A stretch of 64,000 bases of DNA from Phoronis australis (taxonomy: Eukaryota > Animalia > Phoronida), in contig NMRA01000489.1 of the NCBI GenBank assembly GCA_002633005.1, positions 178,801 through 242,800 of the forward strand, given 5' to 3'. The number at the start of each line of letters is the position of its first letter. The first letter of the stretch is position 1. The translations under genes and the position numbers were made by a program. The notes beneath the pieces were generated by a model. The model saw nothing but the letters and a program-made list of their open reading frames with translations. It did no database searches and was not told the origin of the DNA. Of this stretch, positions 26,240 to 38,959 are shown piece by piece.

Positions 26240-27454
26240 ATGGAGGAGAACTTTACTAGAAACGCTACACACTTTCCAGAAATCAGTGATGGAGCAAAAT
26301 ACATATCGCTGTCAATTACCATCCTGTTGATGGTGACCGGTGGACTCGGTCACTCGGCAACTCTAGTCGTCTTCATCCGTAAAAGAGCTTTCAAAACGGT
26401 GTTTGAGTGCCTGATATTCACAATGAGCGCTGTACACGTCTACGACTGCACGCTCGTCATTCCGTTCTTCATAGCTGCCATAGCAAAACGTGATTGGTAT
26501 AGAAGGTCACCGGTTTGTTTATATGTGTTTTACGCAACGTTCCTGGCAAACAGTGTTGTTGCCCTTTTGCTGTTGGCAATATCCGTCACCAGACACCTTC
26601 ATGTAGTACACCATCGTCTGCATTTGAAGAAAGAAACACTAGTCACAATTTCTCTTATCGCTGTGTTCGGTATTCCCTCTATTGTGACGTCCATATCGTT
26701 CCTAGGTGGCTTTCCCGCTTATTCCGACACCAGGATGACGTGTAGATCAGATTATAGTCCTTGGCGTATAGCATTTTTCACCATAATAATTGGTCCGACT
26801 GTGATCCTCCCACCACTCCTTTACATGCACATACATTGGGTCATCCGTAAAAGTCACATGAGGGTTCAAGACGCCACCACGTTGAACGTTGGTGACAATT
26901 CCTCTCGGACGCTCGCAACATCCTCAACTAACGTGCGTCCCCACAAAGCTAACAAGGTAGATCCTGGATTTCCATCGCACTCAAATTCACTTGTTTGCTC
27001 AACATCTGATCATCAGAGGCAAGGTTCACGTGTCTTGTCTCAACACAACGCAACCGGTATCACTTGGCAACAAGATGTCGAAGATTCTGGGCAAGGAGAA
27101 GTTCGGAAAGGTGCGAATGAATCCCGCAAGGCAACAGGGGCCAAGACGTGCTCGTGTAACAGAACGTGTGTCACAGAAAGAGTCCCCCTCAGAGACGCTA
27201 GACTAACCAAAATGATCATAGTACTCTTTCTGGGATACTTAGTCTATTATCTTCTTCCAGGATTCATGCCGCTTATTTTAGAGTCCTGGGTTTATAACGT
27301 CACAGACTTGTACGTAGTTAGTCAAAGACTTTTCTCGGCCTCTGCAGCAATAAATTTTGTGATTTTTGTCGCAATGAATCGAACACTCCGAAGAGATTTG
27401 AGGAACATCTTTAAACCAAGGCAGATGTTTTTCAACGGACATCGAGTACCGTAG
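26240..27454 (+). CDS. Class A (rhodopsin-like) GPCR, 404 aa, single coding exon; orphan, possibly near the melatonin/GPR84/Tre1-moody group
   Basis: First ATG at 26240 (MEENFTRNATHF, two N-glycosylation sequons), seven hydrophobic segments, TM3 Cys (SPVC) and ECL2 Cys (RMTC), long ICL3 and helix 8 (MNRTLRRDLRNIF). A splice acceptor tttatttcaag ends at 26190 in the 5' UTR. Confidence 0.9.
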   Translation: MEENFTRNATHFPEISDGAKYISLSITILLMVTGGLGHSATLVVFIRKRAFKTVFECLIFTMSAVHVYDCTLVIPFFIAAIAKRDWYRRSPVCLYVFYATFLANSVVALLLLAISVTRHLHVVHHRLHLKKETLVTISLIAVFGIPSIVTSISFLGGFPAYSDTRMTCRSDYSPWRIAFFTIIIGPTVILPPLLYMHIHWVIRKSHMRVQDATTLNVGDNSSRTLATSSTNVRPHKANKVDPGFPSHSNSLVCSTSDHQRQGSRVLSQHNATGITWQQDVEDSGQGEVRKGANESRKATGAKTCSCNRTCVTERVPLRDARLTKMIIVLFLGYLVYYLLPGFMPLILESWVYNVTDLYVVSQRLFSASAAINFVIFVAMNRTLRRDLRNIFKPRQMFFNGHRVP

Positions 27455-27717
27455 TGAACGTACTCGTTGACTGCACAGCACACAGCGCAGTTTATATAGT
27501 GGCAGCAGTTTGAAGTTGATAACTTTGATGATATTATCAGTATGATTGCTGATCAGCAATTGACATGGACACCCGTAGACGGGGGCACAACGGGGACATA
27601 TGTTTCCATTTTGAAACCCCTTTCCACGGTTGGCATTCATTACAATTTTGCGTTTCAGGCCCCCTACTCATCACANCCCCCCCCCCCCCCTCCCCGTGAC
27701 TTCGCACGTATACGTAA

Positions 27718-27857
27718 GCCTCCCGTTCAGTAACGCTAGGACCTCGCTAGAAGCAAGACTTCGCGAGATTACGTGAGATATTAGCGTGTATTTCAAATGA
27801 GAGCACGTGAATTTGACTAGATTTTAGCTAGGTCCTAGCGTTACTGAACACACGCCA
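27718..27857. mobile_element. ~140-bp MITE, same family as 9604-9757
   Basis: TIRs gttcagtaacgctaggacct ... aggtcctagcgttactgaac. Confidence 0.75.
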
Positions 27858-29339
27858 GGTTCCTTTCACGGCATATCCCGTTCGATCGGCGATTCGTACG
27901 GAGTAGCGGTCCGGGTATTGCCGTGGACCGTGTCATAACAAAACAACTCAGAACAAGATGTGCAAATGTGGCAACACTAACGTAATCTTTGGCCGTGAAA
28001 TATCGGAATGTCGTAGAGACGATGGGGAACCGCGACTACGATCGATTTGGCAATTGTAGCCCAATTTCTGAGAAAGTCAAAATCCCAAAAAATGGTCGTG
28101 TGGTCCATGGTGTTTAGCTGAAGTTGAGTGGGAGTGACAGCAAACTTGACGTAGCAACAACTAGGGTATGGGAGGCAAGCTGGTGTGATAAGTACTATCA
28201 TCGTGTACTGAGGCTGCGGCCAGGTTATCTTCTGACCGGACTATCCAGTGGATTTCTGCCGAATTCCTGACGGAATTAGGGCCAAATCCCTGCTCAATTT
28301 TCTTTAGATCAATATGTTTATGGAAAATGCCCATGCTAACTTGATTTATTCCAAGTTTGAAACCTATCTTGAACGTCTTAGCTTTGTTTGGGTATCTAAT
28401 GAGCCAGTGTGTACCTATCACTGCTAACAATGACACCAAAAATTAAAACAAAATACTAATTGCCTCTAAAAAGTACCGTGTTGGGTGCCAAACACAGCAT
28501 ACGTGACACATGTGCATGTTTAGTGTGACGCATATTGTTAGTCTGAAAAGAATTTTGTCCCAATTTATACCAGCAATTATATTTCAGCATGTTTAATATT
28601 ATACGGATAACAAATCACCATGTGAACATTGGCTTAATTTAGATACGGAACGAAAATATATAGCCACTTTCCTCAACCTATCAAGGTACAAGTTAGAAGT
28701 TATTTAACAACACATTTATGAGTCATAATATCACGCTACTGAGATAAGTGTCTGAGTGTTTCTCCTGAAACAATTTACTAGCAGACGTGTTTATGTAACG
28801 AAAAACTGCTCAAGTATTTATTGGCGTAGCTAAGTGTGTGTGCATATAGATATATGTATCGATATATTATTACTGTTCTGTGTAGTTTCTATATAATAAT
28901 TAATTTGCGTAATGTTTACCTGCTTTCCAGGTATGGCCTTAATTCGATTTCTAAACAGTACTGTAAGTGTTATTTGTGGAATTAATCACACTCGTGAAAT
29001 AAAATCAAAAATGAAAAAAATTGTAGCCTTGTAAAAGAATCACGTCGAATAAGTTGTGTTACGGACAGCTTAACTGTCTCGCTCTTGGCAGACTGTAACA
29101 GTTTTTGATGTTTTCTTTTCACCCCCCCCCCCCCACATCGAAACGACCTCATTTTGACACACGGTGAAATTGACAGATTATGATACACTACTGTGATGTT
29201 TCACGTGACATAGTCGTATTTTCCCTTTCGACTAAAAAGGAAAAAAACGTCGTAACGTTCATGGGTTGGACAAAATCTGCTGCAAACCTTTCGCCCTTGC
29301 GTCTTTGCTTTAGACCCAGGTGTTACGATGTCTAGCTTT

Positions 29340-32300
29340 TCAATACAGTTGTCCCGTTCTTTCATTCTCCAATGCTGACAACTTGGCTATGGAGCAGGTG
29401 TTCCAAATAACATGGGCTGCGCAGCACTGAAAAAAGTGGTGAACTATAGACCCCCCTCAGCCCCCTATGGTGCGCCGCCCATGAATAATATTGTATTCCT
29501 CTACACTGATTGACCATGTGTCCAAGCCTGAATATATTAGAACAAGAGGAGTGGTCAAAAATGGCCAAAGTGTTCACTACCAATTTTCTGTGGTCCGCAA
29601 ACATTCGCTTGGGACAAAATTTTGACATGAAAATCGTATCACCTACAGGTCAATGAAAAACTTTGACAGTCAGGTTTTCAAGCGCGAATTATCTGCTGTA
29701 CCATGGTCCATTATAGAGGCATACAATTAATGATGTCGATGATGCACTTGACGACTCACGGTATAAGTTATTCGATTGTGTGCTTGACGATCATTCTCCA
29801 CTTGAGACAAAACGTGTTTTAACACGTTTTAAAAAAGACTTCACCAGCCAGAGTGGTTTAGTGAAGACATCGCACTGGCGATTAAATTTAGAGACAACCT
29901 ACCTAGAACTGCCGTTGGTTACAGGCTACAACGAAATCGTGTTATTTCTATGATTACACAGGCCGAGATTGATTATTACTCTACTTTGATAAATAGTAAT
30001 CTCTGTAACCCTAAACTCTAAAGTGTTATGGAAACTTATTAGGGAAGTGCATCCAACGGAGAATTCAATTTCCTCAGTCATACTGAATATGTGGACACAC
30101 ATATGATCAGTCACAAACTGTAAATACTTTAATCTGTTTTTACCGACATTTGCTAGTAAAGTAAGTAATTGTAACATGATCGACACAGACTCCTCCTATC
30201 TCCATTTGAGAGACTTTGTCAGTTCTAGGCTGGATATGGAAATAAATTTTGAAATTCCAATGGTGACGGTGGAGTTTGTCGATACAGTCTTAAACAGTTT
30301 TAAAGCTACTGGTTCAGATGGTGCTAAGGCCAAATTGGTTACGTTGACTTATGAGGAGCTGGCTCCATCACTCACTTGTTTGTTAATTCTCAATATCAGT
30401 ATTTATAAGTTTCCTGCCATGTGGAAATCGGTCAAAGTCACTCCTTTACATAAGGCTGGCGTTGATGTTAACAACTACCGGCCAATTTCATGTCTACCTA
30501 TTCTGCCGAAGCTTCTGGAGAAGCATGTTCCGATGATAGTCTTTATAGATTTTTAAAAATAATTGCAGGCGGTCTGGTACACGTTGCACCAGACGTGCAC
30601 AGGCCTCTCGTGTGGGCCCATTGCACGTTATTGCCTGGAACCATGTTTTATCCTTTATAGATAAAACCAAGCTCAGGAGCTAGAGCTAGAAACATGACTC
30701 AATGGTCTAGCAGTGTGGACCGATGGGACTCGAACCCACGACCTCGAGTAAAGAAAGCGGGCACCTATCCACCTAAAGACACACTGCTTCTTCGTCTTTA
30801 TAGGTTTTTATCTGAGCACCAGCTTATTGCTCCTGACCCGTCGGGTTTACGAGTAAACACTCTTGTGAGTCTGTCTACTTTACACAATGTTGCCAACGCC
30901 TGGGCTGAGGCCACAGATACGGTGGTCACTTTGTTAGGGTCATATATTTGGAATTCAAGAAGGCGTTTGATTTAGTTGATCATAAAATCCCTGTGGAAAA
31001 ACTAACGCTCTATAGAAACAATCCTGATTCTTTATACTGGTTCAAGTCATATTTAAAAAATTTTCAGATAGGTGGCAGGCTGTGTCCCTGTCGCCTGGCC
31101 TATCCAACATGGCGGTGTCCCCTAGGGACCCGTCCTGTGGCTTATAATATTTCTACTTTTCATCAATGACCTACCCGTGATTTGTTAATGATCAACAAAT
31201 ATATATGGTGACGATCGTAGCTGTCACATGAATAAATTTAGATAATGTACAGTCCAAACTACAATTTGATTTGGACGGTGACTCCTCCTGGTGCCGATAC
31301 AGCAAAATGATTTTGAATACTGCTGAGACCAAATGTATGATTATTACTAAGAAACGCCATAACAGAAGTAGCCAGAAGCTCTTTTGGGTGTAACTGCATA
31401 CTGACAACTCTTTGAGTTGGTCTGGTCATGTTGTTACTGTTGTGTCCAGTGGCCAGTTGCATGAAACAGTTCCCTAAATCTTTTTCGTATTTGTTTCGTT
31501 CTTTAGTCACAGATGTGAATTTTTTTATAATTTTATCTTTATTATGAGCTCTTCTTTGACTAACGCCATTTTCTAATAAAATAACTAAGAAGTGAGCCCT
31601 GAATTCAATGAAAATAAATAGGGACTTAGTCCTTAAGTTAGGAGCGTTGCATGAAAAGATCTCTATACATTAATTGCCTTAGTAAAAAAACTAAAGCAGC
31701 AAAAGAAAGGACAATCGGTGTTTTCACAAGTCCACAAATACGCAGTAGTTTAGGGAACTCAGCTGAGTCCCTGTTCGGGACTGTTTCGTGCAATCGGCCA
31801 CAGAATCGAACAACTCACTGCATTATTCAGTCTTATATCTAAGTTCTTGTCTTACGGTGGTCGCCTAAAATATGTTAATGCCTGTGTACTACATCTTTTT
31901 CGTATTGCAGCTGTGTTTGGACCGGATGCAACTCGCACTCGATTGGTCGTATCCAGAAGACCCAGAAACAGCCTGCAAGGGTTGTACTTGAAGTTTCCTT
32001 TGACATTTCTTTGGCTCGGATGTTTTCTGTGCTGAAGTGGTTACCAATTGATAAGTTTTTTTTTCAAAAGATTATGTATAGTGTTCACGTGTTTTGACAA
32101 AGATTTTCCAAAGTACCTTGATCAAAACATTATTTCTGAGACCAACACGAGGTCAATACGTACTAGATTCTCGTTTCGTAATGAATTTGCTGTACCAAGG
32201 CACAAGACATCATTTTATGGATTTACATTTTTTATAAAGGCTGTATAGAACGCCTTGCCTGATGTGATAAAAGAAGTGGTCAGCTGTGAACTCATAAAAT
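29340..32300 (+). mobile_element. Decayed CR1/L2-clade LINE (ORF2 reverse-transcriptase pseudogene)
   Basis: Frameshifted RT motifs KATGSDG, FPAMWKSVKVTPLHKAG.DVNNYRPISCLPILPKLLEKHV, FKKAFDLVDH, GGVP, FLLFINDLP and IYGDD, with many stops. Confidence 0.88.
30557..30793 (-). mobile_element. tRNA-derived SINE inserted into the LINE RT region, with target-site duplication
   Basis: Minus-strand head has acceptor-like stem gcagtgtg...cacactgc and B-box ggttcgagtccc. Flanked by gtctttatag(a/g)ttttta at ~30539-30555 and ~30794-30810; the RT reading continues across it. Confidence 0.8.
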
Positions 32301-33249
32301 TCCTCGTGATTAATTTGGCTACAGTGGCTGTCCTCTCTCATTTTTTGTCTTCCATTAAGGCATCATCAACAGTCGTGCGCCGTTTCAACAAGTCTCCAAC
32401 TGGCGACTGAAACCGGCTCAACCGCCAGTCGGTTCACCATGATACTCATTTTGAGACTCGAACATCATACAGGGCTGCACGGTGGTTCCCAAAATAGCGA
32501 AAACTAAGGGGTACCGGCAGACTGGTACTATTTCGGCTATGAGGCATGTTCGGGAATTGATCACACCACAAGCACAAAAACATAAATGCAGCATTTTTCA
32601 GATGCCACTGCTAAATTCTAAGGTCATTGTGATTAGAATAGTGCACTTGAAATGAAACTAGTGTACTAATGTGAGTTAGTCTTTTTCAGATGGTGAATAA
32701 AAAGTTAGATATTAAAATGACGCTCTGGTTGTGCTTCATATTGACGTTTCGATATTACTCAATATCATCAGGAATATATTCAGTGCACAGATGCAATGAA
32801 TGTGTGCAAAAACGAGAAGAATAATTCCTCGCCAGTGGCAATTAGACGAGTCAACACACCGCTATTGTTATCCAACAGTCAGTCTGCTATGCAGAATTCT
32901 GGTGATTATAATATGGCGATACAACTCATAGTTTTCACAACTGACGTGGCAGACTGCATTTAACTTTTTACAAACTAGTGTGCATCAGACCGTGGGATTA
33001 TCAAGGATCCGGTAACCAGTCTGCGCCATCACTGAAGTTACAAGACTCCAAATTTGAATTTGAATAAACCATGCGGGAATGCCTGTCCCGCCACACACGA
33101 AAAATAAACAATGATCTTTACTTCTTCCTTGAAACCTGAAGGGGTAATTTCTATTGAAGCTGCTTTTTGTCCTTTATAACTGGCGTAAAATGAAAATCGG
33201 ATTAGACCTTCACTTAAAATTTTTCCCGTGGTAGGAGTTTATTTCGATT

Positions 33250-34560
33250 ACCAACTCCAGTTACAGGAAATGTGTACATTCGTCATTTTAAAATTCACTA
33301 TTTTAGAGTTAGTGGCCAAGTATTTTCTCGAATTTTTCATAGGGTTTCGATGTTCTTGTTGGGAACTAACATAAATAAACTCCTGTCACGAAATGTAAAC
33401 CGGCTTTGTGATAGCAAAATGACGCATCTAAACAAGGAGAAATGACTAAAAAGGGTTTGGAACCCAAAAACTTGAAACCATTGTGTATTTATCGGGCAAT
33501 TAGGGAGCAGAGTGTCCGTTTTAAAATCTGAAGAAAGTCAGTGGTGAAAGTGCAGCAGATCAGAGGTGTAAAAATATCACATAGGTGGAAGCTTATATAG
33601 ATAAACATGCAATCTCACTCTAGTGACGTGGTTGGTTCACTCCTGAAAATGGTGTCCATCAGGGAGACGTTTTATCACCGGCGCTCTTTCCTTATACATA
33701 AATGACTTAGCTCTGGACATTAAAAAATAAGTAAAGAGTCAAATTTGGCCCAAACAATATTTCAGTGCATCTTTACGCCGACGATATTTTGCACATTTGT
33801 CTTAAAATGAAAATTACATGCAAGATATGTTGAAGGTTTTAAACAACTGGTGTAAAAGTGGAGAATGGTTGTAAACATGGATAAACCTAACGTTGTCCAT
33901 TTTTGAGCTAAGTCTATGCTGCTCGATATGTGGACTATTAATGAAAGAAATGAACGAGGACTCAAAAAAAAACAAGAAAACCGCACCACTAGGTTCTGAC
34001 CCACAAATTGTGGACTTTTGGCTCGTTACTTTGACTTTTTTTTCACTGAAGCGGGCCTTCAATTTTAATTCGCAAAATTGAGGGACTAGTCGTTCGAGCC
34101 CCCCGAGACCCCTCCCCCCTGGGTGCGTCCATGTATTTGAACACTCGAAACATGTTTGGGCTGAGTCTGTTGTAACAAAACCCAAGTTGAGAACCTACAT
34201 TTTATTTAAGCACGAGTTTTTAACTGAACCGTATGTGAAGCTTAATTTATCTCATTCCAAGCGATCTCTTTTGGCTCAGTTTAGTTTACATAACGACCAA
34301 TTCCCATTACTTTTGGAAATTGGTCGTCATGTAAACAATCCTGTATGTGAAAGACTTTGCTTGTGTTAGCATGGGAACGGCCCGTATAGGAATATTCTGA
34401 TTTGGGCCAGATTCCAATAAGGGCCCGGCGGAACAGTGACACTGATTCTGTGGAGGATGAGCTGGATTTTGTGTTTGATTGTTCCCTCAACTAGGTCTTT
34501 TCTATTACATAATGTTTCACTTCAAGTCCCGAACTTTGCAGATTTCAGAAGATGAGATAG
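33250..34560 (+). mobile_element. Second decayed CR1/L2-like LINE fragment (RT and 3' region)
   Basis: Remnants LYINDL, YADD-like tttacgccgacgatatt, KLRTYILFK...KRSLLAQF...LEIGR...ERLCLC and VEDELDFVFDC; interrupted by small insertions. Confidence 0.75.
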
Positions 34561-35262
34561 GCCTACAATAAAACCGCTGTTTCTGTACTTAACCGTCGCA
34601 TTTATGGTACATCTATAGCGGCTCCCGCCACTTATTTCAGTGCTGCACAGCTCGAGATCATCGGTTCCAATAATTAATTTTAAGGACTTTCCTTTTAAGT
34701 AGCGAAATCGAAACCTGGCTTTAATAAGTAACCGTCATCCAAAAGGATTGAGCTATTTAAGAGCCGATTGCAGCTGGTTAATTTGTTCATGTTATTGTTT
34801 TCAGTCAATGGTCCACCGCGTCATAATGAGCGCAGTGATTTCTATTGAATTGTATTTTGCATTTCTTCGCCTTTAGTAAAAATTAGGTTGCCATTGGCGA
34901 GTGACGAATAACGGCGACAGTTATCTTAGACACCCCATCCCAGAAAAATCCATTCCCAAATGTGTTACCGGATACATTGTGGGGATGATGTGGACCTTCT
35001 GTTCAAAAAATCTATCGGTGAACTAAAAGAAAAAACGGGAACACGATTCCGTCACGATCTGAGAGCTCAGACCCCCCCTCTCATCCCGCGCTACCGGTCC
35101 TAGTTAATGAAATCAATATTTCCTCACGCTTCACGCTGTTGCTGTTTCATTTTGCTTGCGGAAGCTAAGGGAGGGGGCCCGGGCTCCCTGCCCCCTCCCC
35201 CCTAAATCCGCCTAAGCAAAAAGGACAGCATTGACTGCAACTCAAATAAATCAAAAGCAGAC

Positions 35263-35341
35263 TCTCGCTGGTTCCCTGCGTGCCGTTAGGTGGTCAGTAG
35301 CCAGCACGCGTGCTGGCTAGGCACGCCAGGGGACCAGCGAG
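35263..35341. mobile_element. Internally deleted 79-bp copy of the 8964-9589 MITE
   Basis: ctcgctggttccctgcgtgcc ... ggcacgccaggggaccagcgag, essentially the two termini joined. Confidence 0.65.
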
Positions 35342-37202
35342 CGAACATTTACAGCAACAGGTGCGTCACAGGTTGTGACGTCATGGTAACGGGAATCATT
35401 GTGGGGTCTGGCAGCGTGAAAGCAGATAAAATTTGAGGTGTGGCTGTTACACAAAAAAAAAACTACTCTAAAATAACTCATCTGTAATTACAAGGGGGAA
35501 TATGTGTGTCAATATCGTTTCCTTCCACCTAAAACTCTTACGGTTGTTTCCTTTTCAGCAAATCCAGTCATATATTTTATATTTAACTCTGGAGTCTTGT
35601 TATTAAGACACTAGGGAACTTAATTCTGTGTATTTCAAAGCTACACGAAGTATTCCAGATATGAAACAGAGGTTCTTAAAAATGACATTGTTTGCTGATC
35701 TCTAAACAATTTTGGTATTCACTGAAGTTGAGTGAAGTTACATGACACCTGTTAATTCCAAAGCAATTTTTATAATATTATTGAATATCTCGTAAAAAGC
35801 CATATTTATACGGAATAACGTGCGTCCAGAATTTCACCTCCACATAGTTTGATTGGGTTGATCAACTTTCAAATTGCGGTTTCGAAAATGGCGCATGTGC
35901 GATTTGTCTGTGACTCGAAGTGCCGACTCATTCGGCAAAAGATTCAAAATGGGATAAGTGTGGTAAAACTTTAAGAATTCAACATTGACTGCTAAACGGG
36001 GGCAAAATATGTTAAAAAGTTTTTCAAAAACTTTAGAGGGTTCGACGCACTTTCAGTTTAGTTGAATGTTTTTTAATATAAATATTTTGCATTTTGACAT
36101 TTGGCTACTACAACTATGGAAAATTTTGAGGATCGCCGAAGCAGATTTACCGTGCGCAAAGGCACCTCTGACAAAAAGTTAAATTTATATGGGTTACTAA
36201 AAACCTACCTTTAATTGAATTAATGATTGAAATCCCTCTGAAAGCGGTTTAATTTCGTTATACGATATACATTTTATGTTTAACAGCTTTAATTGTATTT
36301 CCTGTTTTACCCATTTTCTCACTAACCAATGGAGTTTTATCACACATTGTCACGGCTTTATTCATTCAGTTCCTCTAATTGAAAAATTTTCAGCTTTTTC
36401 AGAAAATGGGAATTAGACATAGCAATCTTTTAAAACGTTTCTGTGGTCACAAATTCAACTTTGAACCTGAGTTTAGGTTACAAACTGCGCAGAGACTGTC
36501 GCTTAAAGAACTGTTACCGTTTCTTCACCCTTCACAAATTTGAGCATGCTCTGTTGATCGGTTGCTTTGAGATTGATGTTGTTTTCATGTACTTACAGAC
36601 CAACCTACTTTCTAATAAGCTCTACTGGAATTTGAATGCGTCTATAGTTTTCATTGACGCGAGTGCAAAATTAAAAGCATGCACGTCCCTGGTGCGTGCA
36701 AATTGGAAGGAGCTCCAATGCCCAGCTGTTGATTACATAAAAACCCTGCAACTGCAATTGAATAGATGAAATATGCTTCTGCTAGTCACATTCATGCATT
36801 TCTTCGCTTTTAAGTTCTGCTGAAGCTGGTCCACATGTTGTACTTGAAACTCGCACTTTTTCCAGTCCCGAAGAGATATTGGTGGCGTAATTTTGGTAAT
36901 CGAGTGGGTTATCTGCAACTAGTAATCTGACTTGTTTGTGCAAGTGAACGCATTTGTTTATTTGTTCTGTACCTTTACTCATCAGCCTAAAATCAGAGAA
37001 ACGCTTGAATTGCCCATGCATTTTATTTAAGCACACTCATTGGTTACAATTCAGCTCACGACTGAAAAGTTTTGGCTGTGGGAAATACATGGATATGCAG
37101 CGTACGTACTTTATACCATCTAAAAAACAACAACAAAAAAAAAACAAAAAAAAACGAAAAGCGCTCAGCACGGAGCTTATAAATTAGTCCATTAGGTTCT
37201 AC

Positions 37203-37526
37203 CTATTCATACTCGGCGGCAATGCAGCACAACATTCTTTGCCATCGTGGAGCGACACGGTGGCCCTTGGAAGAAGGGCTTGGCGAAACTTTAGTAGTGC
37301 GGCCATTTTTTCTAAAAGTCGTCTTCAGTTTCTTGAAGAAACCCTGTTTAACATTTTGTGCATCATTAGATGAAGCCGAGGTGCTGATGTTCTCTGAAAC
37401 GTCAAGGCTGACTGCATGAGAAGATGTCGCAGTGTTGGGCAATTCTGCGACACCATATGGGTTGCCGTCATCCTCACGAATGTATACAACGTCACCTGAT
37501 TTGTCGGTGCGAGATTTCGTAATCAT
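37203..37526 (-). CDS. Hypothetical protein, 107 aa (downstream ORF of the ATGA-overlap pair)
   Basis: Open frame with protein-like composition (KQGFFKKLKTTFRK ... WQRMLCCIAAEYE); minus-strand AATAAA at ~37022-37027. No recognised family. Confidence 0.45.
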   Translation of the reverse strand: MITKSRTDKSGDVVYIREDDGNPYGVAELPNTATSSHAVSLDVSENISTSASSNDAQNVKQGFFKKLKTTFRKNGRTTKVSPSPSSKGHRVAPRWQRMLCCIAAEYE

Positions 37527-38182
37527 GATGTCCTCGGCATATGATCGCGTTGAGGGCTACAGAAGCTTCTTGTGACGTGTTTGGCAGGACAAATTGCACT
37601 CTGGAATAACGCCGCGGGACTAGTGGGCTTGACGTTTTCCAGATGCCGACCGTAAACGCTGTCAGTATCGGTTTGCTCTACCTGAGTTTTCTCTGGCTTG
37701 TTAGCACTGCATGCTGCCGACTTTGGATCGCTTCTCTCCAGTAGGCCTAACTGGGGCTCTGTGGTTTCACATGCGTTGTTCAGCTCGATTTTTGTCGCCT
37801 TTTTCGTCTCGCACTCTATGAAATACTCGATGGGGGCTGTTTGTTTGTGGGTTGTGCGGTTTGCCTGTTTTCGGCATAACAACTCACCCTGACAGCTGCG
37901 CAAGTCATTTATGTATCCCTCGTATATTTCTTTTACTCCAACATCAGTCTCTGCTTCATTGAGTTCAATAGCAGCGTCCAATACTTCAGCCAACCATTTT
38001 TCATCGTCGATGTTTGTGCAATGGTCTGCGTTACCGAACATGAAGCTCCACACAAAAGATATTACTTTATCAGTCATTCTCAATACACAGTAAGAAATAC
38101 AACTAACATACCAAGCTAAATATAATGTCACACCTTCGAGGAAACTGTCTAATTTCCATCCGGTAGCCATTTGTAGGTCCAT
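37523..38182 (-). CDS. Hypothetical protein, 219 aa, N-terminal hydrophobic segment, intronless
   Basis: Second-longest gap-free ORF in the window, starts with ATG, lies ~820 bp from the RPL36A ATG in divergent orientation. No recognised domain. Confidence 0.5.
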   Translation of the reverse strand: MDLQMATGWKLDSFLEGVTLYLAWYVSCISYCVLRMTDKVISFVWSFMFGNADHCTNIDDEKWLAEVLDAAIELNEAETDVGVKEIYEGYINDLRSCQGELLCRKQANRTTHKQTAPIEYFIECETKKATKIELNNACETTEPQLGLLERSDPKSAACSANKPEKTQVEQTDTDSVYGRHLENVKPTSPAALFQSAICPAKHVTRSFCSPQRDHMPRTS

Positions 38183-38959
38183 TATACAAGTGATTAGGCC
38201 TAATGATTACGTACAATGTACGTCAACAATAGCACGACGTCACAAATCAAAGGCGTCATTAATGCCCAAAAAGTCTCAAAGTTTGCTAACTCAAGTTTTG
38301 TATGACAGTTACCATGAAACGATTATAACTTTCAACTACTACTTGTTCGTTATTTTCAGTGTCGACCAACAGTTCTTGATAAGTGACAATGCCTACATAT
38401 GTTACTTTTCTCTGACTGGGTGTGATGTTCTTTCAACCAGCTGTCACAGAGGCGTCTCTGTGAGAGTCCTATATAGAATTCCTTACATTTGTCACATTCA
38501 ACCTTATACACAACCTAATTGCTCTTGTTCAATAAAGCGGGGATGCCGTGGGACTTCCGAGTTTACACAGCATATAGGTTTGCCCGGTTTGCTATCACTG
38601 AGCTGACATTTCTCGAGTATTTTAATAACAGCTGACAAACATATATTTATGAGCGGAAGTATTTTTCAGTACTGTGAAAAGAGCCGCATTACGGAGGTAA
38701 TTGAAAAAATACAGGAACACGTAATGTGAATAAATTTCAAGGGGCTCAAGGTGCAGGCGGACCCTATCCCGGTGGGGGGTGGAGTGCGCCAGCACCACGG
38801 CCGCATGCATTGTTTCAGTGCAGAAAGGCGCCAACGACGGAAATTTAAAAGTCAGTTATCGACATGTGAAAATTTAAACATGGGGAATTTTTCCATTTAT
38901 AAAACAAATGATTCAAAATGCATCATGTTAGTTACAAAAGCGACCACTAGGATTTAGTT

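Noticed and set aside
30710-30790. tRNA gene
   Set aside because: D and anticodon arms are degenerate, and it is attached to a SINE body with a TSD.
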